Of a stretch of DNA of 64,000 nt, positions 1 through 10,098 are shown in pieces. Source of the stretch: Limisphaerales bacterium. Lineage in GTDB: Bacteria > Verrucomicrobiota > Verrucomicrobiia > Limisphaerales > JAJOIW01. The position numbers and the translations under genes were made by a program. Location: the NCBI GenBank assembly GCA_965657355.1, contig CBFHOE010000002.1:1-64000 (forward strand), given 5' to 3'. Every line of letters begins with the position of its first letter. The stretch's first letter is position 1. The notes below the pieces were generated by a model. The model was not told the DNA's origin, did not search any database, and saw only the letters and a list, made by a program, of their open reading frames with translations.

Positions 1-86
1 ATAAATCTTTTATCGACAACGCGGCTGATGACATGAAAGACCTGCGGATTGGAATCGGAGACCAAAAGGGAACGAGGAATTCTCAT
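1..86 (-). mobile_element. N-terminus of a Y1 (HUH) tyrosine transposase, IS200/REP-associated (RAYT)-like; truncated by window edge
   Basis: Manual translation from ATG at 86 gives MRIPRSLLVSDSNPQVFHVISRVVDKRF(I), open to the edge. The 'MR.PR....(Y/F)HV.SRVVD' pattern is typical of RAYT/Y1 transposase N-termini. HUH and catalytic Tyr lie outside the window. Confidence 0.65.
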
Positions 87-129
87 AATGAAAAGAAAAT
101 GAAAGAAATAACGAAGAATGTCAACAATT

Positions 130-154
130 ATGTGCCAGGCATATAATTATATGC
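130..154. repeat. REP-like palindromic motif ATGTGCCAGGCATA overlapping a perfect 16-bp palindrome GCATATAATTATATGC
   Basis: 139-154 is self-complementary. 130-143 recurs exactly, inverted, at 21081-21094. Confidence 0.55.
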
Positions 155-189
155 ACCCAGTGATGAAATTCGATTATTGAGGAATAAAT

Positions 190-1038
190 TTAAATTTCTC
201 TTACCTTACCCCAATAGACGTCGAGCCTCTTTGAAAGATAGGCCTTGATGGCTTTGACCAGGACAACCCGCTCTTGTGCTTGCCCTGCCCTTACGACGTC
301 TTTGAGCTCCATTTCGGGTTCGATTTGAAAACTACCCTGGGAGATAATGGGCCCCTCATCGAGATGCATGCTAACAAAATGAGCAGTGACACCTGCAATC
401 TTGACGCCATGTTCAAAAGCCTGACGATATGCCTGCGGGCCAGGAAAAGAAGGAAGAAGGGATGGATGAATGTTAATTATCTTATTTTTGTGCCTCCAGG
501 CAAAAGTGGGCGACAAGATTTTCATGAACCTAGCCAATACAATAAAGTCGGCCTCGTATTCATCGACTATGGCAAGTGCTTGTTTTTCTGCAGCTTTTCG
601 ATCTAGCCAGGAAACATAATGAAATGGGATATTTTTATCATTTGCAATCGAACCAAGATTTTTGTGATTACTGATAATGACCACGGGCTCGGCGTCTAAT
701 TCATCTTTTTGGACTGCGGAAAGGATTTCTTCCAAGCAATGGGATTCTTTTGTCACAAATATAGCCATTTTTTGTTTAGCGTTGGGCGGGACATGTTGGA
801 ATCGAATTTCCATTCGGAGAGATTCGGCTAAACCATTTAATTCACTGCAGATTTTCTCGCTCTGAAAGACGTCAGATGGCCAGCTTGCTTGAAGTGTCAT
901 ACTGAAATCTCCTCTGGTGACTTGCTCTTCAATAGCCTCGATATTAGCATTATTTTTGAAAAGGAGCTGTGTCACGGAGGCGACTACGCCGCTCTTATCT
1001 TTACCAATAACTGAAATATTTGCGTAATGTCTTTCCAT
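190..1038 (-). CDS. purU: Formyltetrahydrofolate deformylase
   Basis: N-terminal ACT domain (GKDKSGVVASVT), VTKESHCL, LARFMKILS, INIHPSLLPSFPG, GVTAHFV..LDEGPII. Confidence 0.95.
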   Translation of the reverse strand: MERHYANISVIGKDKSGVVASVTQLLFKNNANIEAIEEQVTRGDFSMTLQASWPSDVFQSEKICSELNGLAESLRMEIRFQHVPPNAKQKMAIFVTKESHCLEEILSAVQKDELDAEPVVIISNHKNLGSIANDKNIPFHYVSWLDRKAAEKQALAIVDEYEADFIVLARFMKILSPTFAWRHKNKIINIHPSLLPSFPGPQAYRQAFEHGVKIAGVTAHFVSMHLDEGPIISQGSFQIEPEMELKDVVRAGQAQERVVLVKAIKAYLSKRLDVYWGKVREI

Positions 1039-1142
1039 TTTTACCGAACATTAAATAACAAGGTTTTTTATAAATCATTGAAAATTTGAAACTTATTTTG
1101 CTTTCTCTTGTTTAAAAAGTTTGAGATTAAAAGCGATTTCAC

Positions 1143-2882
1143 ATGGCAATAGCCTCGATACAGGAAGTATTTTCAACGGCAGGATTGGTAGACAGCAACC
1201 AGTTCGGGGAATGGCGTAGGCGCTGGAAAGTAGCTACAGAGAATGGCTCAGACGAATCTTTGTTAGATTTTTTTCGCAGGGAAAAAGGGTTGTCAGAGGA
1301 AATTTTCAAAAAAAGGCTAGCGGAAGCGCTTGGATTAGATTTTTTGACATTTGCTGATTTAGAGGGCAGCAACGAAGCTAGAAAACGACTATCGACCAAA
1401 GTTGCTTTCCAATACAACGTGATACCCGTTTCTTATGAAGGTGAAACGCTTGCGGTAGCCGTTAGTGACCCATTTGATGCGAGCATCTTGAATGCAATAC
1501 GCTTTGATGCGGGTTGCTCCGTGAAACTGGCGATTGCTAGTTTTGACGATATTGAAAAAGCTTTAAAGAAATTTTACGGAGTCGGGGCTGAAACGCTGGA
1601 CGAAATGGAAGAGGCCAGTCAGGGTGATGAGGAAGAGATCGACCTCATTCTTCAGTCAGATCGTGAAATTAGTGAATCCGATCAAGACGCCAGTGTAATT
1701 AAGTTCGTCAACCAGATCATTTGGGAGGCATTCAGGGAGCGGGCAACAGACATCCATTTTGAGCCCGCTGAAGACGAACTGAGAATACGTTATCGTATTG
1801 ATGGTATCCTCCATCAAACCCCAATGCCTCCTCAATTGAAAAAATTTCAATCATCAATTATTTCCAGAATCAAGGTGATGTCAGGAATGAAAATTGATGA
1901 AAAAAGGCTTCCTCAGGACGGAAGGATTAATGTGAGGATACAGGGTGAAGAATTAGATATCCGGGTTTCCACCGTACCAACGGTTTGGGGGGAAAGTGTT
2001 TCATTGCGTCTTTTGACTCGTGGAAAGATTTTCTTTGATTTGGACAGACTGGGGTTCACACCTCGCGAAGAAAAACAGTTGCGAGAAATTATCCAGAAAC
2101 CTCACGGCATCGTTCTGGTTACAGGGCCAACAGGATCAGGAAAATCCACGTCTCTATATGCATTTCTAAGCTCGATCAACTCGGTAGAGAAAAGGATAAT
2201 CACCATTGAGGAACCAGTTGAATACGAACTCAAAGGAATTAATCAAATAGCAGTCAAAGCGGATATTGGATTAACATTTGCCATAGGTTTGAGGCATATA
2301 CTTAGACAAGACCCTAATGTGGTGATGGTTGGTGAGATACGAGATCTTGAAACCGCTGAAATTGCCATACGGGCCGCACTAACGGGCCATTTGGTTTTCA
2401 GCACACTGCACACCAACGATGCACCAAGTGCATTTACGAGACTCATAGACATGGGGATTGAACCATTTCTTGTTGCTTCGTCAGTAGAAGCTGTGATGGC
2501 TCAGCGACTTGTGCGAACAATTTGCAAATCTTGCAAAACCGAGCAAGAAGTTCAGCCAGAGTATTTGAGGAAAATCGGATTTCCGGAGGAGCATATCGGT
2601 AAATCACCGGTCTACCACGGAGTCGGATGTGAGGAGTGCCGGGGCTTGGGTTATCAAGGACGGACAGGTATACATGAGTTGCTTATTTTGACTGAAGGGA
2701 TTAGAAGTCTTATTTTAAATAGGTCTGCGGCAAGCACTATTGCACAATTAGCGGTGGAGCAAGGGATGCGGTCCTTGCGACATGATGGCTGGGAAAAGGT
2801 CTTGAAAGGAGAGACGACACTAGAAGAAGTTATGCGCGTCACTCAAACTGAAGAACACCTTGGATTGATAGAAGAAAATTAA
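1143..2882 (+). CDS. gspE: Type II secretion / type IV pilus assembly ATPase (GspE/PilB family)
   Basis: ATDIHFEP, RLPQDGRI, Walker A GPTGSGKST, LRQDPNVVMVGEIRD, TGHLVFSTLHTN, tetracysteine CKSC...CEEC. Confidence 0.93.
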   Translation: MAIASIQEVFSTAGLVDSNQFGEWRRRWKVATENGSDESLLDFFRREKGLSEEIFKKRLAEALGLDFLTFADLEGSNEARKRLSTKVAFQYNVIPVSYEGETLAVAVSDPFDASILNAIRFDAGCSVKLAIASFDDIEKALKKFYGVGAETLDEMEEASQGDEEEIDLILQSDREISESDQDASVIKFVNQIIWEAFRERATDIHFEPAEDELRIRYRIDGILHQTPMPPQLKKFQSSIISRIKVMSGMKIDEKRLPQDGRINVRIQGEELDIRVSTVPTVWGESVSLRLLTRGKIFFDLDRLGFTPREEKQLREIIQKPHGIVLVTGPTGSGKSTSLYAFLSSINSVEKRIITIEEPVEYELKGINQIAVKADIGLTFAIGLRHILRQDPNVVMVGEIRDLETAEIAIRAALTGHLVFSTLHTNDAPSAFTRLIDMGIEPFLVASSVEAVMAQRLVRTICKSCKTEQEVQPEYLRKIGFPEEHIGKSPVYHGVGCEECRGLGYQGRTGIHELLILTEGIRSLILNRSAASTIAQLAVEQGMRSLRHDGWEKVLKGETTLEEVMRVTQTEEHLGLIEEN

Positions 2883-2890
2883 TAGAATAA

Positions 2891-4273
2891 ATGGCCCAGT
2901 CGTCGAAAACATTTTCATCCTGCAGCGTAGTCACAAAGAAAAGTGGTGAGACATGGCTCCGTTCCTTTGCAGCTAAGGGTAAAACTTTCCAACTATCAAA
3001 ATCACTCACAGCGACTGAAGAAGAAGCCTTTCCCAAGGTTAAGTATGATAAAACTTGGCGGGATACATTCCAAAGCAACTTAAATATTGCATTACTGCCG
3101 GCTTCGGATGTTTTTTTAAGAATACTTGAACTGCCGACAAACGTATCCTCTGAAATTCAGGAGATGCTTGAGCTTCAGCTGGAACAGATAAGTCCACTAC
3201 CCCCTGCTCAAATATTTTGGACTTATGAAATAGTGGAGGGTTCTTCAGCCTCCAACGAGAAACAATCAACAACTGTTATTGTCATCATCGCGGAGCAGAA
3301 AGTGATATACGATTTCTTAGGAGATCTCCAATCCCGTAATTTTTACACCGATAGACTGACCGTCGAGAATATCCATCAAATCACTACTGTCCCTCAAGAT
3401 CCAAACATTATCAAAGTCATATCAAACATAACCGAAGGAGACTATCAGTGTCTTATTCAGTGGTGGATTGATGGTGAGTTAAAAAGTGTATCTCAAGTTT
3501 CAAGCGATACGGAAGATCAAATAATCTCGCAGGTTTCGCAGGATATCCGGCAAACTTTTTGGGCTGGTCAAATGGCTGGATGGATCGAAGATCATCCTTC
3601 TGTTGAAATCCAATGTGCGACGGAAAGCCAAGCACTCTGGAATGAAATCAAATCCTCACTAGGACTCGAAGCACTTAAATTTTCTGAAGGAATATCAACC
3701 GATGAAGCATTGAGTCACACGGTTATGAAATTTGGTCACGGGCAACTGACATCGAATCTACTTCCTGAGGACATTCGAAAAACCAATTCGACCCGACAAC
3801 TGGATAGTTTGTGGATGTCAGCCTTGGGTTGCGCGGCAATCATATATCTTATAGCACTTGGTGTTTATTTTGTTTTCTTAAAACAGGCTCAATCAGAATT
3901 GGCCCAAGTCGATGGGCAGATAAAAGCTATTAGTGTGACATATACAAATGCTCTTAAATTGGATGAGAGGATACGGATTACAGAGGACCAATTAAAGCTT
4001 AGATTTGCCGCACTTGAGACATGGCAAAAGGTCGTCGAATCACTACCGGCCGAGTTAACTTTCAAACAATTTAAATTCACAAAAAGAGAAACTCTCACAT
4101 TAGTTGGCGCCGGACCTCGAGGAGGTAATAGTAAAGTCGACGAGTATGTCGATTACCTTTCGGCAGCTGCGGATACAGAGGGCAATAAGGTTTTCGATAG
4201 AGTCGAAAGAAAGAATATTCAAAATGTCAGGAATGCCATGTCGTGGACTATTGAGTGCTATTTTCCCGAGTAG
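2891..4273 (+). CDS. T2SS inner-membrane platform protein, GspL/PilM-PilN-like
   Basis: Directly after gspE. Actin-like cytoplasmic region (LLPASDVFLRILELP...LELQLEQISPLP), then NLLP motif, one TM helix, coiled coil and a ferredoxin-like C-terminus. Confidence 0.7.
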   Translation: MAQSSKTFSSCSVVTKKSGETWLRSFAAKGKTFQLSKSLTATEEEAFPKVKYDKTWRDTFQSNLNIALLPASDVFLRILELPTNVSSEIQEMLELQLEQISPLPPAQIFWTYEIVEGSSASNEKQSTTVIVIIAEQKVIYDFLGDLQSRNFYTDRLTVENIHQITTVPQDPNIIKVISNITEGDYQCLIQWWIDGELKSVSQVSSDTEDQIISQVSQDIRQTFWAGQMAGWIEDHPSVEIQCATESQALWNEIKSSLGLEALKFSEGISTDEALSHTVMKFGHGQLTSNLLPEDIRKTNSTRQLDSLWMSALGCAAIIYLIALGVYFVFLKQAQSELAQVDGQIKAISVTYTNALKLDERIRITEDQLKLRFAALETWQKVVESLPAELTFKQFKFTKRETLTLVGAGPRGGNSKVDEYVDYLSAAADTEGNKVFDRVERKNIQNVRNAMSWTIECYFPE

Positions 4274-4303
4274 GCCATGGCTACCAGGGAAATTTAAAAA
4301 ACA

Positions 4304-4924
4304 ATGAATGATTTATTCGACAAGTTAAATCTAGAACCAAAAGAGAGAAGACTAGCTGTTCTCTTTTTTGCAGTGTTTTTTCTTTTTGTAAACTACATGT
4401 ATGTTTTTCCAAATTTCAATGAACTGGAGCAAACAAAAAATAAGATAACAAAAACCCAGAACAAACTTAAGCTCTATCAATTAAAGACGAACCAAATACC
4501 AGATCTTGAATTTAAGATTATGGAACTAGGCGAGCAGGCAGGCCCCTCTATTCAAGATAGCCCGGGGCAAAGATCTAAATTTTCAAGGACGGTAAACCAA
4601 ATGGCTACACAAAAAGGAGTAACAATCCGCAGGCAGTCAATGATACGAGAGATACAGCCCAACACAGGTCAAACAAACAAATTTTTTACAGAGCTTGAGA
4701 TACCAGTCAACATCGAAGGAACTGAGGAACAGGTCGTGAATTTTCTTCATGCTTTAAGTGAAGATGATTCGTTGATCCGAGTGCGATCTCTTACTCTCAA
4801 TCCATCAAGAAGTGGGGGTCTTCTTCTTGATGGAAATTTAAACTTAGTAGCAAGCTTTCTAAAGTCAGAACAAAAAGAAAAAAAATCGGGTAATGCATCC
4901 CGAGGGGGACAATCAAACAAATAA
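4304..4924 (+). CDS. T2SS GspM/PilO-like protein
   Basis: L..KERR followed by a TM helix and coiled coil; C-terminal 'VNIEGTEEQVVNFLHAL...IRVRSLTL'; operon position. Confidence 0.75.
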   Translation: MNDLFDKLNLEPKERRLAVLFFAVFFLFVNYMYVFPNFNELEQTKNKITKTQNKLKLYQLKTNQIPDLEFKIMELGEQAGPSIQDSPGQRSKFSRTVNQMATQKGVTIRRQSMIREIQPNTGQTNKFFTELEIPVNIEGTEEQVVNFLHALSEDDSLIRVRSLTLNPSRSGGLLLDGNLNLVASFLKSEQKEKKSGNASRGGQSNK

Positions 4925-4946
4925 TCGCTTCGGAGGAATTTTTAAA

Positions 4947-7337
4947 GTGAAACAAAACATAATTATAATATCACTTATTGCGTGCTCTATCGTGGGAGGG
5001 TGGCTTATTGGCCAAGAAGTCAATGACGTCCCTGCCGAAGAACCTGCCAAAGATAGCAGCGAAAAAAACGAATCGGAATACAGTCAACGGCTGCGTGAAG
5101 CATTAGAAAGAAGGAGAGCTGCGACAAAAGAAGCTCCACCAACGGAGGAAACTAAATCACCAGCATCTCGTGTCGAGCAGAGCAATACGACAAAAGCTAA
5201 GACATCTAAATTTCCTGAAATCAAAATCGATGAGGATCGCCAAAAAGCTTTATTGGAAAAGCGAAGACAAGAAATATTGAATGCTCAAAAAGAAGGTCGA
5301 GTTCCTCAAGGAGTGAGTCGAATAAAATCTGATAGTGCGGATAATGCCATTAACCCCCTGCAAAAAACATCAACTGGATTGACGACTGATCCAACAACGG
5401 ATTTATCCCAAAATTCCACTACGGGACAAACACTTGGGCAATTGGATACCACCGATAACCTCCCACCTGCTGATGGTAATATTCCGGCGGAAGAAGTTGA
5501 ATTGTTCAGCATGACTCCTCCACCTGATGCGCCGGATACACCGTTCGACTTGGTCAATGTTTTGGATTATTACTCTGAAGTATCAGGTTTGATGCCAATC
5601 AGAAGGGCGTCCGTTAATAATGACCCTCAGATTTATATTAATTTTAAAGACTTAGACCGAGAGGAGGCCATGGAATACCTAGAATATGCGCTCTCCATAA
5701 ACGGTATATCAATAATGAAAAGGGGTGATAAGTTTTTCCAGGCGACTGAGGTGGCCGATGCCCCAAAAATTGGCGCAAAAATAGTGGACTCTGCAGGACA
5801 GGAGTTCACTCGACTATTTGGTTCGTTTGTTCAAGCTACAGTAAAAGTTAAATATATTCCAACAGACATAGCGAAAACAGTCCTGGATCCCCTCGCCTCT
5901 CAGGGCAACGAAAATTCCGCGGTCACTGAAATCCCCACTAATAACATGCTCATACTTAGAGATAATGAGCCTAACGTTAGGATGATGCTTGAAATGCTAG
6001 AAAAGGTTGACGTGAACGTCCCATTGGAAGTGGAGCTCGAGTTGATACCAATCAGGTATGCACTCGCCGACGAAATAGCCTCGGTTCTCGGAACTCTAAC
6101 ACCAAGCGGGGCAGCCACCACAGGATCTAGATCCTCATCCAACTCACGTTTTGGAAGTGGTCGTTCAAATAGCAGAAATTCATCATCAAGGTCTACATTG
6201 GGAAATACCTCTAGAGGCGGGCTCAGTAATACTACGAACCCTTCTCAAAACAGAAATGCTTTTCAGAACAGACTTCAAAATATTGTGAGTAGGGCTGCCG
6301 CTGGTGACTTTCAAATCCTTGGGGACACCAAAATCCTTCCTGACGAAAGAACTAATTCCATTCTTGTTTTTGCTAATAAAAGAGATATGGCAATGATCAA
6401 ACAAATTATCTCTAAGTTAGATGTAGTTCAGGCACAAGTTCTCATCGAAGCTGTCATAATGGAAGTATCACTTGGAGAAAATCTTGATACAGGTATCTCC
6501 ATTGTAAATAGAAATTCAAATGGCGTGGGCGGAAACATAACCGATCCAGGTTTGAGCGATACACTGCTATCCCCGGGACAATTCGCTGCGGATGGATCCC
6601 TAGTCCCAGGCCTACCGGGTGGATTTAGCTACTTCTCATCTATTGGGTCAGACATCAATGCAGCCATCAGGGCCTTGGCATCCGATAGAAAAGTTTCTGT
6701 ATTACAGCGACCAAGAATTCAAACCTTCCATGCCAGAGAAGCTTCAATCATGGTTGGTGAATCAAGACCGTTTGTCGGAGGAACTTTCTTTGGAGGAAAC
6801 TTCGGAGGAGTTGGTGGAGGCGCGAGTAGCTCACAAATACAATACCAGGACATAAGCGTCGAATTACATGTTCTCCCATTGATTAACCAAGAAGGATTAG
6901 TCGTTCTGGAAATTGAGCAAATTGTGAAAGATTTAAACGGGTTCGAAACCATTGATGGAAACCGAATTCCAGTAGTTGCCAACCGTCAGGCTGTTGCCTC
7001 TGTTGCCGTCCAGGATGGTCAAACGATCATTCTTGGTGGAATGATCACTACCAATAAGAGTGTTTCAAAATCTGGGGTTCCAGTATTAAAAGACGTTCCT
7101 GTGCTCGGTTCTCTGTTTAGCAATAAAACTGAATCAGAAAACCAGGTCGAACTCATAGTGCTTATCAAACCCAAAGTAATGCCTACTCCAGAAATAGCCA
7201 AAGATGTCGCCGCTGACGAACTAGATAAATTGATTATCACTCAACAGGCCAAAATGGATATTGAACAAGCGCGGGCGAAAATAGCTGAGGAATTTAAGCG
7301 CAAAAACAAAAATTTAAATGACAAAGATAATTTCTAG
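4947..7337 (+). CDS. gspD: Type II secretion secretin
   Basis: Ring domains (PDERTNSILVFA), QVLIEAVIMEV, GQTIILGGMI, GVPVLKDVPVLGSLF, ELIVLIKPKV. Start placed at GTG 4947 after GGAGGA (ORF track starts at 4893). Confidence 0.92.
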   Translation: MKQNIIIISLIACSIVGGWLIGQEVNDVPAEEPAKDSSEKNESEYSQRLREALERRRAATKEAPPTEETKSPASRVEQSNTTKAKTSKFPEIKIDEDRQKALLEKRRQEILNAQKEGRVPQGVSRIKSDSADNAINPLQKTSTGLTTDPTTDLSQNSTTGQTLGQLDTTDNLPPADGNIPAEEVELFSMTPPPDAPDTPFDLVNVLDYYSEVSGLMPIRRASVNNDPQIYINFKDLDREEAMEYLEYALSINGISIMKRGDKFFQATEVADAPKIGAKIVDSAGQEFTRLFGSFVQATVKVKYIPTDIAKTVLDPLASQGNENSAVTEIPTNNMLILRDNEPNVRMMLEMLEKVDVNVPLEVELELIPIRYALADEIASVLGTLTPSGAATTGSRSSSNSRFGSGRSNSRNSSSRSTLGNTSRGGLSNTTNPSQNRNAFQNRLQNIVSRAAAGDFQILGDTKILPDERTNSILVFANKRDMAMIKQIISKLDVVQAQVLIEAVIMEVSLGENLDTGISIVNRNSNGVGGNITDPGLSDTLLSPGQFAADGSLVPGLPGGFSYFSSIGSDINAAIRALASDRKVSVLQRPRIQTFHAREASIMVGESRPFVGGTFFGGNFGGVGGGASSSQIQYQDISVELHVLPLINQEGLVVLEIEQIVKDLNGFETIDGNRIPVVANRQAVASVAVQDGQTIILGGMITTNKSVSKSGVPVLKDVPVLGSLFSNKTESENQVELIVLIKPKVMPTPEIAKDVAADELDKLIITQQAKMDIEQARAKIAEEFKRKNKNLNDKDNF

Positions 7338-7376
7338 AAACAGCAATTAAACTCAAGATCAAAAAAATTTAAAAAG

Positions 7377-7408
7377 ATCCAAGGTCATCAACACCTTGGA
7401 TTTTTTTT
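7377..7408 (+). terminator. Rho-independent terminator of the T2SS operon
   Basis: ATCCAAGGT-loop-ACCTTGGAT followed by a T run. Confidence 0.85.
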
Positions 7409-7448
7409 ATAATTTGCCAACCCAGTATTCTCCTTAATAATTATCTAG

Positions 7449-8456
7449 ATGGCAGAGAAGTCGAATTCAGGTTCTCGCAAAATCATTGGAATTCTGAAAT
7501 CAATGGTTGGGCTTATTATTTTGGGAGTTGTTATTTTTTTATCGGGACCGCGTGTTGATACTTCTTTTAGTTTGGAGTCGAAGTCCACTCTACCAACTCA
7601 GATAGAAGACCTAGAGTCATTTCTGAGTGAAAATGAAAGCAAGCTAGTTAACTTGTCAACTAATGCAGTCAAAGAGATAGTTTGGGCCTATAAAGAGCCT
7701 AAAAAAACCGACTACTCTCTGGTTTATCTCCACGGGTTCACAGCAATGAAAACCGAAGTATCACCTCTGACACAGCAAGTCGCCAATCAACTTCAAGCAA
7801 ACATTTACTACCACCGTTTTACTGGACACGGAAGCACGCCTGATGCTCTGGCGAATATTAAACCACAAGATTGGCTAAGGAGTGGACTTGAAGCGTTGGA
7901 AATAGGTTCAAAGATTGGTGAAAAACTCATTGTCATAGCAACTTCAAATGGCGCAAGTATTGCCTCAGTTTTAGCCTGCCGAAAACAAACCCCTGAAATT
8001 ACTGCCTTGTTTTTAATTTCCCCAAACATTAAGCCTCGGGACCCAAGAGCTGATGTCCTCCTTTTACCATGGGGAACAAAACTGGCTGAGATGATTGCAG
8101 GTAAATACCAATCATTACAATTTAATAATGAAGAGGACAGGCAACACTGGACGTCTCCCTACCCGACAAAATCTGCAGGGGCGGTTCTTGGAATCACCAA
8201 AATATTAAGAGATCAAGATCTCAGTCATTTTAAAACATCGACTATGATTTTCATGAGTCCGGATGACAAAATAGTAGATCCTATTGCTGCAAAAGAATTT
8301 TTTGACAACTTGAGCGCAAAAGACAAGAGGTTTGTAATTATTTCAGACTCAGATGATCCCGCGGATCACGTCCTTGCTGGTGATTTAAGGTCGCCATCTA
8401 CGACAAAAAAGATAGCCCATCAGATCATTAATTTCATAAAAGAATCAAACAGGTAA
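7449..8456 (+). CDS. Membrane-anchored alpha/beta hydrolase (esterase/lysophospholipase-like)
   Basis: N-terminal TM helix, YLHGF oxyanion motif, nucleophile elbow ATSNG, D(DKIV), H(VLAG). Confidence 0.8.
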   Translation: MAEKSNSGSRKIIGILKSMVGLIILGVVIFLSGPRVDTSFSLESKSTLPTQIEDLESFLSENESKLVNLSTNAVKEIVWAYKEPKKTDYSLVYLHGFTAMKTEVSPLTQQVANQLQANIYYHRFTGHGSTPDALANIKPQDWLRSGLEALEIGSKIGEKLIVIATSNGASIASVLACRKQTPEITALFLISPNIKPRDPRADVLLLPWGTKLAEMIAGKYQSLQFNNEEDRQHWTSPYPTKSAGAVLGITKILRDQDLSHFKTSTMIFMSPDDKIVDPIAAKEFFDNLSAKDKRFVIISDSDDPADHVLAGDLRSPSTTKKIAHQIINFIKESNR

Positions 8457-8461
8457 TAAAA

Positions 8462-9643
8462 CTAGGACGCGAGAAGAATACTTTCAAGTTGACCAGGTCC
8501 AAGTATGACGGGATTCCCCTTCATCGAACTGGAATTCATGGATTTTTCTATTAGGGTTGGCCAATCTTGTTTTTGAACTCCCATGTCGGCTATATTTCTG
8601 ATTTGAAGTTCCTCTTTCAACTTGTAAAAAAAGTCTGGCAAGAGATTAAAATTTGTTTCACCACTAGGAAGAAAGAGGGCGGCGATGCGAGTGAGCCTTT
8701 GTTTTATATCCTCTTTGATAGCACCATCAGTGGAGTCAATCACCTTTATATTAAACTCCATAACAGATGGAAGGAGGCTGGCGCACACTTCACCGTGGGG
8801 CACATCAAACATTCCTCCCATTGGACCGGCAAAGCCGTGAACTGCTCCCAGACCGGAGTTCGCAAGGGCCACCCCGCTAAAATACGCTGCTATTAACATA
8901 TTTTGTCTCTTGGCAAGGTCATTTGGAGTCTCCATGACTTTAGTCAAAGATTGAGAAACCATCTCCAAACCCTGCAAGCATAATCCATCAGTAAATGGAT
9001 TTCTTTTCTTGGTGATGTAGGCCTCTAGTAATTGTGTTAAGGCATCCATTCCAGTTGATGCTGAAACTCTACTAGGCATGGAGAGGCTCAGTTTTGGATC
9101 TAAATACACGTTCGAGGGCACCATAGACGGATGTCTCAAACTAACTTTTAACTTGTGGGCTTTTGATAGAATTACCGCGTTCTTCGTAGCTTCGGCACCA
9201 GACCCGGCTGTAGTTGGAATAGCAGCAACAGGCAGGGCCTTATGAGGGAGGGTTTTCCCTTCGCCTATCACTTCTAGATATTGAAGAGGATCTTCGTCTT
9301 TAGATACGACTGATAATGCAGCAATCGCCTTGGCCGCATCCATGGCGCTCCCTCCTCCAATGCCCACGACGCTTGTGACCTTGTGCTCCTTAGCTTTCCT
9401 AACCATTTTTAAAATCTGGTGGAGCTCTGGTTCTCCACCTTGTTGAGAAAGGTGGAGAACTGATGGATTTGAATTTTTTGGAATCCCCAGAATTTCGAGA
9501 ATTTCATCTCCGCGGCTACCCGTTATGACAGCAACATTTCCATTTGAGTTAGCTATCCATTGCTTAATATCTTTGGCTGATTTCTCACCTACCGAAACAT
9601 TTGCTGGTGTAATCCAATTCGACATTTTCATCTCGATTACCAC
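8462..9643 (-). CDS. Iron-containing (type III) alcohol dehydrogenase
   Basis: GGGSAMDAAK, PTTAGSGAEAT, GMDALTQLLE, GAVHGFA, PHGEVC. Confidence 0.92.
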   Translation of the reverse strand: MVIEMKMSNWITPANVSVGEKSAKDIKQWIANSNGNVAVITGSRGDEILEILGIPKNSNPSVLHLSQQGGEPELHQILKMVRKAKEHKVTSVVGIGGGSAMDAAKAIAALSVVSKDEDPLQYLEVIGEGKTLPHKALPVAAIPTTAGSGAEATKNAVILSKAHKLKVSLRHPSMVPSNVYLDPKLSLSMPSRVSASTGMDALTQLLEAYITKKRNPFTDGLCLQGLEMVSQSLTKVMETPNDLAKRQNMLIAAYFSGVALANSGLGAVHGFAGPMGGMFDVPHGEVCASLLPSVMEFNIKVIDSTDGAIKEDIKQRLTRIAALFLPSGETNFNLLPDFFYKLKEELQIRNIADMGVQKQDWPTLIEKSMNSSSMKGNPVILGPGQLESILLAS

Positions 9644-9942
9644 TGAGATTCTTCTGGGGAAATGGCAGTGTATTTCTTATTGGAGCGGGGTTCAGCCATC
9701 ATAGGTTCGACTGTCTCTCTCCATTTCAGGTAATGGGATGTTTCCTTATGAGCTGCCGGAGCAGAACCGTCTCTGTAAACCTCGATTAATACAAATTTAT
9801 TGGGCTCCTCGTTGTTCTGAATGACATCGAATCGAGCCACTCCAGGTTCACCTCTACTAGCTGAGGCATTTTCATTTGTGGCCGCAATAAATTCTTTGAT
9901 GCAGTCATTTTTAACATTTACGTATACAGTGATAATAAGCAT
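9637..9942 (-). CDS. Antibiotic-biosynthesis-monooxygenase-fold protein (LsrG/YgiN-like)
   Basis: ASRGEPGVARFDV...FVLIEVY....AAHKETSHYLKWR; abuts or overlaps the ADH start. Confidence 0.85.
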   Translation of the reverse strand: MLIITVYVNVKNDCIKEFIAATNENASASRGEPGVARFDVIQNNEEPNKFVLIEVYRDGSAPAAHKETSHYLKWRETVEPMMAEPRSNKKYTAISPEESQW

Positions 9943-10098
9943 GCCTAAAGAATATAGAATTACGGCCTTGTTCCAATCCTAGTCTTAAAAAATTCTAGTC
10001 CAGCACGTCGTTATATTTGAATTCGATCATTTTCACATCAATATGGTCCTGCGTGTTGATAAATTCTGGCTGATAATAACTTAAAGTGCACTTATTCG

